From NCBI GenBank assembly GCA_002633005.1, contig NMRA01000325.1:227290-291289 (forward strand): DNA of 64,000 nucleotides, read 5' to 3'. Origin of the DNA: Phoronis australis. Its lineage: Eukaryota; Animalia; Phoronida. Positions 23,601 to 35,600 of this stretch are shown here, one piece after another. The notes under the pieces are model-generated. The model was not told where the DNA came from. It saw nothing but the letters and a program-made list of their open reading frames with translations, and searched no databases. Every line of letters begins with the position of its first letter. The first letter of the stretch is position 1. The position numbers and the translations under genes were made by a program.

Positions 23601-26600
23601 ATATTCAATGGATTATAGATAAATACACTTTGCATAATTCTTTAATCCTGGCAATTTTGAGGTTGTAACATGAGCATGTGGCTGACTTGTTGAAAATTAT
23701 GAATTGTTTGCTTTTGTCTATAGTTTGACAAAAACAAAGCTTTATGTTCTACATTAAATGAAGGGGGAAGTTGAAAACAAAAGAAAAAATGTGAAATGGC
23801 AAAAAAAATTGTGGAAATCTCGTATTAAATGAGCAATAACATTGGTTTTGTGAGCAATGGTTCAAGTTCATGGATTGGCTTGTACTTGACATTTTGCTTA
23901 AATTTTGACAAGTCCAATTATATTGGGGAAAATTAATTGATGGAAAATGAAATTATATCCTGGAAAAGTATAAACATGGCTTGAAAATGTGCAGAAAATA
24001 AAAAACAGAATATTAGTGAGAGTGGCGTTAGTTTGTGATATTTGTACTCACTGCTGCTGATACAAGTTGAGTGGTCCTCTAAACATCCTGAGTCTAAAAA
24101 TTTAAAACTTTAGGATCTGTTTGGTCTTAATTAGCACTGTTAATGATATATTTTGGTCACACCTTATCGCACGGTTGTAAATCATTTTGTATCTCTGAAC
24201 AAAAATGAGAAATGTTAGGTGCTCGGAAGTCAGTCCTTGTGGTAGGCTTTCAAATGGTGATTTTGTGTACTTAAAGTCATGGTGAATGTATGTTGCCTTT
24301 CAGCGCTGCTTTACAGTTTGAGGCTGCCTGGGCATTAACAAACATCGCCTCAGGAACGTCACAACAAACACAGGCTGTAGTTAGGGCAGGTAACCTTGGA
24401 GTGAATCTCAATTGAGAAATGGAAGGAAGAAGTTCACCATTGTCCACTGGTGGCTTGTTAAGTGGTGCAGTTTGGTTGTGGATACAGCATCCCGTCTTTT
24501 CTCTTTGTACAATTGGAATGTGTCTCCTGGGTTCTTTAGAAATTCTGTTCAAGGAGACCTTATTTGTCACTGCTGAAGACAAACACAACATGCTTGCAAA
24601 CTATCAGTTTTCCATTGCGAATTATTACGTTTTGCGATACAAACTGGTTTAATTCAAATACCTTTGTTTTTTTTCTGCATCTCCCTGACCCTCTACAAAT
24701 TATTAATTGTAATGAGATAAAAGGTTTTGTGTTGTGTCTTACTTGCTTGAAGAGACGTGTGAATATGGATATCCGCTTCAGTACTACTGCTATAGATGAG
24801 ACACTTATAGTGGAATGGTACTACTGCTATAAGTCAGACACTTATAGTGGAGTGGTACTACTGCTATAGGTCAGACACTTATAGTGGAATGGTACTACTG
24901 CTATAAGTCAGACACTTATAGTGGAGTGGTACTACTGCTATAGGTCAGACACTTATAGTGGAATGGTACTACTGTTATAGATAAGACACTTATAGTGGAA
25001 TGGTACTACTGTTATAGATAAGACACTTATAGTGGAATGGTACTACTGTTATAGATAAAACACTTATAGTGGAATGGTACTACTGTTATAGATAAAACAC
25101 TTATAGTGGAATTGTACTACTGTTATAGATAAGACACTTATAGTGGAATGGTACTACTGTTATAGATAAAACACTTATAGTGGAATGGTACTACTGTTAT
25201 AGATAAAACACTTATAGTGGAATGGTACTACTGTTATAGATAAAACACTTATAATGGAATGGTGCTACTGCTATAGATGAGACACTTATATTTACTCAGA
25301 TGTAGTTTGACCTAGATTTGATGTGTAACAACAGTCCTGAATTGTGTCTTGGATTTTGTTTTCTCACAGTCTCAAAATTTTTCAGGTGCTGTACCTTACT
25401 TTATGAAGTTACTCCATTCCCCACACCAGAATGTCTGCGAGCAGTCTGTGTGGGCCTTAGGAAACATAATTGGTGAGTTGTAAGAAGCAGAGTTTATGAA
25501 GTTTGATGAAGAAGTTCATCTTGAAAATTTAATTACTGCATGTAGAAAAAATAATAGATACTCAATTCCTGCAGCAGAGAAAGCAGTTTCTACTGCATGT
25601 TTGGCATCACATTTTTAAAATCTGTTTGTCTGTTTGCATGCAATATCTAACTTATTTACATAGGCACATGTTAATAAGTTAAAGGTTTGTGTAAATAGGT
25701 CAGTAAGTTATAGAAATTGTGTTAATATGTCACCACCACAAAGTGGTTGTAGGAAGTAATGTTTGTGTCTGATGGCAGGACTGCATATGAAGCTGTTGTG
25801 TTTGTTGCATATTTCACTGACTATTGTGAACACCGTTTCAGGTGATGGCCCCCAGTGCAGGGACTACGTCATAGAAATGGGTGTGGTCAAGCCCCTTCTG
25901 TCCTTCATCGACCCCAGTCGACCCATCACGTTTTTACGAAATGTCACATGGGTCATCGTCAATCTGTGCCGAAACAAAGACCCCGCCCCACCCTCTAATA
26001 CCATTGACGAGATTCTACCAGCTCTCTGCGTTTTAATCCACCATACAGACGTCAACGTAAGTTTCTCATTCCCAATAGAAGTTCTTGCAAATTTTAAAAC
26101 ATAAGTTTAGTGTAGTTGATGTACTCAGATGGTTAAGAGTAAGCTTAATTTACGCTGGCATGTTGATGTACAGTTGTTTTAATAACTGTCAGTGCAATTC
26201 CCATTTATGTGTCATGATTACAGCAACAAATTGTTGACACATGCACACTGCAATGCATATGTTAAACCTTGTTAATGTTTTGGCCATTTGCATATACGGA
26301 TAGTCAATGGTAATAAGTTATATCAGGAAGAGATAACCAGGAAGGGACAACTGTTTTAGCGCATTTTAACGTGTTTTCAAAAGTGATTTCAAAAGTAAAT
26401 GTTAAAGTCGTCTGGAATCCAAGCATTGTGTTTAAAGATTAACTCTTTAGCTATAAAATGACACCACTATGGTCCCCAAAGACTACATATTAATGGCACT
26501 AGGATGCTTTGAACATGACTTGTGTTACCCTTCCAAAAGATGCCTCTTCTTAGGCATGTACTCGGGCATGATCCTCTTTTTTGAACCAACAAATGTCACT

Positions 26601-29600
26601 AATATATGCAAATGAGGCTCGCATCTCCTACGTCATATGACGTCATACGACGCGACCTTCAGGTGCCTATAGTGAATGACTTGAAACGCAGTTCTACCTG
26701 ATTGGGCAGATCTAAGAAAATTAAGAACTCTGACAAGGCATTGTTCAAAGAACATTGAATGGTTTCACATGAAATACATTTAATTGTATTTGGATACGCT
26801 TGCATGTGTGTAAGCGTGGACTTTGTCATTTTGCTTAAATCCAGATTTAGAGCAGGTGTTAGTCAAGAGGCTGCTCCCGCCACAGTGGCCGGTGTCGTGG
26901 CGTCCGAGTCGCCGGGAAGTCTGATCCATTTATGCGCAATTCGACGAACTAATGCTAGTCGCTGGTCAGCTCCGCTATGATTCATGCGCAATTCGACGAA
27001 CTAATGCTAGTCGCTGGTCAGCTCCGCTATGATTCATTTGAGACGTGCGGCTTAACTCGAACCTACCCGTGTTCTGGCTCCAAGGTCGTTTTGTTTGACC
27101 CAGTTTTGGGAAAAGTTCATTTTAATACGGTCATTTCCTGAAGATTTTTATGAAAGATATAATCCCGAAATCCTTGACCTATAGAGCTGTATCAAAATTC
27201 CTTGTTGAAACACAGCCACTGGTCCAGCTTCTGCCGGGCGGCTGGGGAAAATGCTATGGAACGCGTGTCCCAAAAATGCACACACTTCAACCCCTGCAGT
27301 TCTTTTCCCGTCAATCACTGTGCGCGGATTCTACGCGGGCAGCCTACTGCATGACTACACCTTATTTTTAACTTGGGTGCGTCACTGAGTCACGACGTGT
27401 CCAGCCTTTGCAGTATGCACGGGAATGTCAAGCGAACGATTCGGTTTAGAAGAACCTAAATTCATTGCACAATACTACTGGGAACTACAAGCATCAAGGA
27501 AATGCAAAGACAATCTTTCCAAATTTATGAGCAATGACTTGAACTTCTTTTTCGATCCGATCTACGGTTTGTAAATTTTTGAATTTCTTTGGTCAAGTTT
27601 TTAATTCAATACATTCATGAATATCACTGTTATCGTTTAGTGTCTTTCCTTGCGATATGGTGGTCTGATGATGGATGTTTTGTGTTTTTGATGAATTTGG
27701 AATCTCAACTTCCCCTCGTGAGTAGTTGGCAGTGTCATGAGGGAGGTGTATAGAGGGCGCAGCACTGAAAAAAGTGGGGCCTAAAGCCCCTCAGCCCCCC
27801 TGTAGTGCACCGCCTATGGACCACTGAAAAACTTGGACTGAATAAATACGCTCCGCGAAATTTTTGCTTTACAAATTTCTCGAATTTTCGAAATACATGA
27901 ATGAATGGTTAAGTGCACATTTTCAAGAGCGCTTAGACGACCTATGCTGCAAAAACGGGGACCCTAACAACAATTGTCCTGGTCAGGGCCCTCAAATGGT
28001 AAACCATACACTGATACCGAGTTGTCAAAGTTCTCTTGAGTTTTCTGTCTGATCAGTATTCGAAGTCTTTCTTTTTTGTCTTTCCCCAGCCCCAGACCTT
28101 TGTCGGTTGCCATGGTTTAACCCTGAGGCATTCATTTTTTGGGGTGGCACTCGCCCTCCCCCCCCCTTACTAAGGTCCTGATGCAAGGAGTCCATCTTTG
28201 ATCCAAGAACAATGTTGTGTTTCAACACGCACTCGTATAGCTTGAGCATTAAATTAAAGGTTTAAAGGCGAATGCCACCCGATTTAATTAGTCTTTTTTG
28301 CCGTCTTAATCGGTCTATTTCCACATCGCCTCGCATACAGTCAACCTTACCTTGCCAAGAGGTGTCGCGTTAACCTGTGAGGAAGGTGAGAAACGACGCT
28401 AGCGACGTCAGTGGTTCATATGCAGAGTGAATGCTGCTATGTTGTGGTGTATCGTTCCCGCTTGTCCGAACTAAGCAGCTGCGAGGAAAGCGAGTATATC
28501 ATTTTTTTTTTACTTCCTCGAGAGTCCGAAATGCTTAGGAAGTGGCTCATGGTAGTGAAGAATGAAATGTACGCTGTAAATGGCAAGTATGAGGCCGTGA
28601 AACATCTCAGTGTCTGTGGCCTGCAGACGACGTCGACAGTGCCTCACGAATGCCCGGCTTACCAAATAACTCTATACGTTCCGTTGTCTGAGCTTGTTCA
28701 CGGCGCCTCTCTGGTATTTCTTCATCACTGTATTCCTGTTCGAATTGATAGCCGCTCTAGCTCTTCCTAAGTCGGGATTGCGAGTTGCCATGTTGGCGTT
28801 TATTACTGAGCGTTCTGTTTCAAAATGAATTATTCTCACCCTAACCAATACTTATATAAAACTGAAACAAAGTCTGTCTCATAAGATGCAATTTGTAATG
28901 CCTTTGGAGTGTTCGTGAGTGCACGAAATGATTTGAGAAGTCAGCAATGAATAAATCACTGCGTTACCGGCTTTAGGAGCAATAAAACTAATTGACGGGA
29001 CACCGAGGCCGTGTGAGCTCATGCTAATTTAGTGTTTGCTGGCAGAAACTGTTGTGAAACAACTCGATTTCCATCCCACGACCAGGTGTTAGGGGAATCT
29101 TTATTTACATTTACATTACTCAAATAATGATTGTCAATGTACAACTTCTGCCCTGACGGTGCTGTGGCCAAAGTAGAACGAATTCGTGGCCCCCGACGAG
29201 TATGTAGACTTGCAGTTTCGTGGCTAATTCATCAACATAATCACGTGCACATTACCTTGGCACACTAGTATAGTATTTTCTTGACTGGAAGTTTAGTTTT
29301 CACTGAACTTTGGCTGGTTTGTTCGTGATGTCTGATCAGTTTCCGAGCCACTGGTCGGGATAACGAGTCAATCCGGCCGGGCCGCGACGGGCCTGATCGT
29401 GCTCCAATCAGAGCCACTGGCCAGGATAACAAGCGTTTTGTGTTTAGAACTCAGAAAATCACAAGTCTAAACAACACAGATCTATGTTCTCCTGTCTGTA
29501 TCTCACGGAAAATACTTCGAAATTATCTCCGAACACACCCCAAACTCCTGCTACGGATCTTATTGGCCTGCCGAACTTTGTAGGCTACGGTGTGTCCAAA

Positions 29601-32600
29601 TACCAATAAATCCGTAACAGTGAAATAAAACAACACGTTTTTGTAAGAACTCGGTGTATTTTTAAGGGTTTTACTTCGAAGTTTGATGATTTATTGGGGT
29701 TAAACGATTACTCCAAGCGATAAGCTGACACCAGTAACCCGTGTTGTGAACTGCTGAACAGAATGCGTGTGAAACCGATGACGTAATTGGATAATTTCAA
29801 CACCTCCGTCTGCCGTCAGGTGTCGGGTAACGCAACAGCACGTGTGGTTATGGAGTAGAACTACTCTATCTAAACTGATACAAATTAGGTTGTTTTTTGG
29901 GTGGCATGCTCCTTTAAGAAATACAGGAGCAGTTTTGCGCATTTAATTGTGCGTGTAAAAAGGTTTATGGATTCGTACTGAATTTGTTGCTGCAACTTGT
30001 CTCATGGGCCTGTACCCGGCACGTGACCACAAATGTGGATACTAATTCGGCTATTGCGCAAGTCGACTGTAGCAAGGTGGCCAGTGAAAATGTAAGGCAG
30101 CACCACGCCAGTAGGCGTGTTTGACAACTCGGATTTCTAGTCTCTCATGAAAACCATTGAAGGCAATTATCAGCACCTGCAAACAAGAATTTTGAAGTAT
30201 GGAGAATTTCAACAGGAGTTAGCTGTAGACTTAGTCGCGAAGCTGCTGACATTCCAGCCACGGTTACTGCCAGTCCTTCGAACCAACTATAGCTCATATA
30301 TACGAATTTTTAAGAATGGCAAGGGTGCTTTTGTGTTGACGGAAATGTCCATGACGTCGAGGAATCTGAGGCATTTAATGATGAACAACTGTTGTGGCTT
30401 AATTTGGAAAACCTCTTAGCAAAACTAACTTCCAAGTATGCATACTGAAGCGGAATTAAGAAATATGATTATGGCAGTGCTAAATGTAACAGAGCCACAA
30501 AGTGTGCTAAAATGGTAGAAAATTAGGCATAACATTTCTGTAGCAGATAAAAGGTTGATTGGCGCAGGAGAAGGCCGATGTCTTCAATGCTCAAGAGACT
30601 TGCCAAGAAAATGGCACAGTTGAGTACGGGCATTCTAAAAGAAAGAACTGCAGCCAATTCCAGTTATTCGGTGCAACTTTTGTCACCCGACGGCGTTGTT
30701 TCACGATACCGCAATCTCAAACAACGTCAAAGAAACGAAACGCGGAGGGTGAGATATTACAGAGTATTAATAGTTATTCTTGGATACAGGTGTCCACCTC
30801 AAAATGAATTTCCCACGGTCATTCTTTATGCCGATAGCAATGTTTTCGTCAACTGAAGAAGAACAGGAATCATAGACATCCCGCACGCTCCGTCTATGGT
30901 TCTGACACTTCAAACTTTTGTCAACACAATAGGTAGCCGCAGAAAGTTCGATGTTGACCTCATTCTAATCTTCTCTGCAATCCACAGTCTGGGGACGAAA
31001 ACACTTGAGTCCGCTGCTCGAAATAGGGCTTGCTTAGCTAGAATTCAGAACTGCGGTCATGAGAGTGTTTTCACCTCCTGATTGCGAAGCGATCGAGTTA
31101 GCTGTGGTATCTTCATCAGCGCGTGCTCTCAGCGGGAGGTCACCGCTTTATCCACTCAAGTGCTCAACAACAACTAAACTGACGAGAGTCTCAGAATTCC
31201 CACATGCAAATTTGGTATGCAAATGAGGGAGTACTTGACTACTGCGCCATCTATACATCGATGGAAAAGCTTAAATACCCGTGACTGCGTATGGGAAGTT
31301 GCGATTGCGTGCACTGAAGTCAATATTTTCAAAGTCCAATTGCACCACTGTTTAAGGTTGCAAAGTGAGTTTTTTTGATATCCTTCTATAGAAAAAGCTT
31401 TAATCTCTCTGATAAAATCATCTGTTTCCTTTTAAACGAAACTTAAGTCCTGAAATTGTCCGGGGAAGGAGGCCAAAAACGGTGGTTTAGCTAGTTGTCC
31501 CTTCCTGGTTATCTCTTCCTGGCTATATTAATAGGGAACGCCTAATATAAATTTACAGGATATTTTTTCTGGCAAGGCATGTATTAAACGAATATTCTTT
31601 GGTCTTTGGATTGCTTCTTAAGTGTGCCATGTAGGAAAATGATTAAACCATCAACGGATGTCCTATGCAAATATCTTTTGCATGAGACCTTATCTGGCTA
31701 ATTGGTTATGGGTGCATTTATGTTGTTGAAAACAGTGTTTTAGTTCCTACAAAGTATTATGACTCTTACACTGCCTTTTATGAAAACCCATGCAAACTAT
31801 CTGAAAGTTGTACTTGCTGCTCCAAAGGTTTGGGTTACTCTGATGTGATTCCTGTTCATAGCTCTATTGTCCTACATTAGGGTGAGCCAGTTTTTACAAA
31901 TTGCCAATAATGTATTTCTCAATCTTAAGACGTAGTTTCCTTTGTGTTTTTACAACTCCACTTGCTGTGGATGTTTTAAATCAGTTTTCTACACCAGCCG
32001 TCTATGCTGAACTGTAGTACCGTATTAGCTGTAATAACCGCCCAGGGCACTTAGAAAAGTTCATTTCAGGCGGGGTTATTATAACCCAAGACCGTTGAAA
32101 CCCGGTCTCCGAAACGGGTAAAATCGGAAGCTAAGATTCATTATATTTACGCTCTGTGACGTATCTGTAATCTATGAAAGACTTACTACAAAACCGTGGT
32201 GCATTGCTATCAAACTTCGCTGCTATATTACGATCATTTTACAGAAAATTGCGCTGAAATCCCAAGGCGAAAACTCACCGACTGCCTACCTCGCAATCGT
32301 CGATATGGCGACTTGAATGCTTGAATAAAAATACAGTTTCGACTCGGGGCTGTTCCAGTAAAATCCGTGTGGGAGGGGGGGGACGGCAGTGGAAATAAAA
32401 ATTCATGGGTGGTGGTCTTCAGTAAAAAACTCACATTATTGGGTGGTTGTTCCTGTAAGAAGTGATGCATTAAAAATGGGTGGTATTTTTTGACCTGTTA
32501 ATGTTGACCAGTTGGTTACTTTAGCCATCAATACAAAAAGGCCCATATTGCCAGTGAACAGAGTGCAATATGTTCACTAAGCCATTAATCAAGTCATGAG

Positions 32601-35600
32601 CAACTTTGATTTGAGCCAACTGTTTGTCTGCAGTCCTATTGAATTGAAAAGTTATGCAACACTAAACTGGTGTTAAAACATATAAGAAAATTGATAATTT
32701 TTAAATAAAAAGTACAAGGAGTAAGATAAACAAGTTCCAATATTCACTTGACATAGAAGTATAACAGAGTTCGTGGAGACAGTTTGAGATTCATAGATCC
32801 TTATAATTGAAAAAATGTTCATTGAAATTATAGACACATGGTGAACAGAGACACCTGGTGGCTGCCAAAAGTATTGCTCACAGGCTACTTTAGTTTTTGA
32901 CAATATTGGACAAGACAACTAGTTCTTGTCTGTCAATCATCTAAGTTCTTAACAGGTTCTCCTGGAGGCAGTTTGTTTGCAAGTGTTGGATTTTGTATTT
33001 TAACCTATTAAAAATAATTAGAAAATTATGGGTCATGGGTTGGAGAAATAAATAAAAAATATGGGCAGTGGGTACGAAATAAAAGTGCCTCCCCCTCCCA
33101 TACAGATATTGCTGGAACAGCTCTCAAGCAAATTACCTGAAATGCTCCTTAAGTTTTCCAAGTTTGGAGTCGGGATCACGGCAGGTTTAAGTACAAATCT
33201 GCTGATATCGTGCCATCTACATGATCGGCAACATGAGAAAAATGTCTGGACGAACACACATGTTGTCACGTGACGTTTGTTTGAAGTTGTCTGCTTTGTG
33301 AGTAGGCGAGCACGTGCGTGTCGCCAGAGTTCATTTGCTAGAGCAGAGACCGTCTTTTGGCTGGATGTGTACGATACTATCTGACAGTTATTTTTCGGTG
33401 TAAGGGTGTGTAAGCATTCACTGTGGTTATTTTATCGGATATTTTGGCTTAAAAACACCAAATATGGTTAATCAAACACTTCATTTTAAAAATAACGCAA
33501 ACATTTTTATAGTATGAGAAACTGTTGGAAATTAGTGCCAATATTCATTTATTGCCGATGTTATGCTACCCGTTTCATGAATGGGTAGTTCCCGACTAAT
33601 GTCTTTGATGACAGGTTCGTGTATGTAGCGCGCGCTTCCTGGACACGTGCTTTTAACACTGGCCAAGCTGTTTATTAGTCTTCGATTCGCGGTTTTCACG
33701 TGTAGGCCTACAAAGAAATTTGGATTCCTGTTGAAAGCGGGAAATATCTACAAAGCAATCCCGTAGACAAGTACACTACTTCTGTTCTGAAAGGCCAGAC
33801 CATTGGTCCTTGCAATAACAGCAGAACTTTTGTGTTCGTTTTAAGGCATGGCGGAAGTTTGAAGTGTGTAGTCAAGCTAAATACCGGCGTAGTGGCGAGG
33901 CTCGCGGTCTACAAATTCTGCGCACAATGATTTTTTTCAGGACTGTCGAATATTATTGATAAATTGAAGACGTTACTGTAAAATTTTAGGACTGTATGTA
34001 AGGCATTTTTCGCACGCACACTTTCATGGACTGGGCGCTTTTTTAGCAAAGTCTGAAAACGCGTGGGGGAGCTCTTATAGGGGCATGGGCGGTTATTACG
34101 GCGAATACTGTATTAATTTTGATGTGGTACTTGTGAAAGATATTTGGAAGAATACTGTTATAGACAATTAGTTACCTCCCAGTATAGACTATATACCCAT
34201 TGTGATGTCTATCTCTGTGTTATCAGATCCTCGTGGACACGGTGTGGGCATTGTCGTATCTAACAGACAGTGGCAACAAACAGATTCAACAAGTGATCGA
34301 TTCAGGAGTTGTGCCCCAGCTCATCCCTCTTCTCAGTCATCCTGAGGTCAAAGTTCAGGTGGGAATCTTAATAATTGTGCTCGGAATTGTCGTTTTTTAA
34401 GTGAGCAAATGGATATGGTCAGCAGTACATTTGACAGGGACATCCTGTGTAATCTCTGCACTAGGGTAATAGCCAGTGTTGTAAGTGAAGTTCCTTTGTG
34501 AAGTTGTTCTTTTACTTACAATAATTTTTATATTGCCTGCATCATGGGCCAGCTATATGGAGAGGTTTTATCAAAAGTGAGATCAAATCTTGAGTTGTCT
34601 GAAGGATTCGGTGCATAAACTAGAACAACTGAATGGTGGAACTTGTCTGAGTTACACGAATATCTGAGTTTTACACATCCAAGCAATATTCAGAGTTTTC
34701 TTGTCCGACAGTACTCAGAACTTTTCTTGTCACTGTTTTTAAATTGCTGTACAACAGACATTAGACTTGTTCCAAATAATCAGGACTCCGATTCTGTTTC
34801 ATATGTGTGAAGTCTATGGGGAACTCTTCTCGAGGGCTTGTGCTTAATCAATCGTGTTTTTGTGTTCACACATGCATGTTTGTGGGGCATATTGCCATTA
34901 TCTCAGTTTAGCATCACTTGTTATGCCTTTGCCATTCGCGGTGCACATGGAGGGTACTTGTAGTACAAGCCAAAAGTATTCAGACAAAATGACGCGAAAT
35001 TCCTTGTCATGTCAGTCACAGTAGTCTCCCCTGATGACCGTCAGAGCAGTTTCCCCTGATCACCAAGAATGAAGAGGAATTAACAAGATAATAAATAAAG
35101 TGGCTCAGCCAGTCTGTAATTACAATTTTGTTGCCCTAATATTTGTTGCCAGTAATTTATGAAATAATTAGCAGCCATGACAGAAAATTCTGATTGCTTT
35201 TGTCTTGTACTATGTCAATGCTCTGTCTTGCTCTTGTCTTGTACTCTATCTATGCTCTGTCTTGCTCGTGTCTTGTACTCTATCAATGCTCTGTCTTGCT
35301 CTTGTCTTGTACTCTATCTATGCTCTGTCTTGCTCTTGTTTTGTACTCTATCAATGCTCTGTCTTGCTCTTGTCTTGTACTCTATCAATGCTCTGTCTTG
35401 CTCTTGTCTTGTACTCTATCTATGCTCTGTCTTGCTCTTGTCTTGTACTCTATCTATGCTCTGTCTTGCTCTTGTCTTGTACTCTATCAATGCTCTGTCT
35501 TGCTCTTGTCTTGTACTCTATCAATGCTCTGTCTTGCTCTTGTTACAGACGGCAGCCCTTCGAGCTGTTGGCAACATCGTCACGGGAACGGACGAACAGA

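Noticed and set aside
24781-25290. CRISPR-like array of 37-bp repeats
   Set aside because: Units are head-to-tail with no unique spacers, there are no cas genes, and the context is a eukaryotic intron
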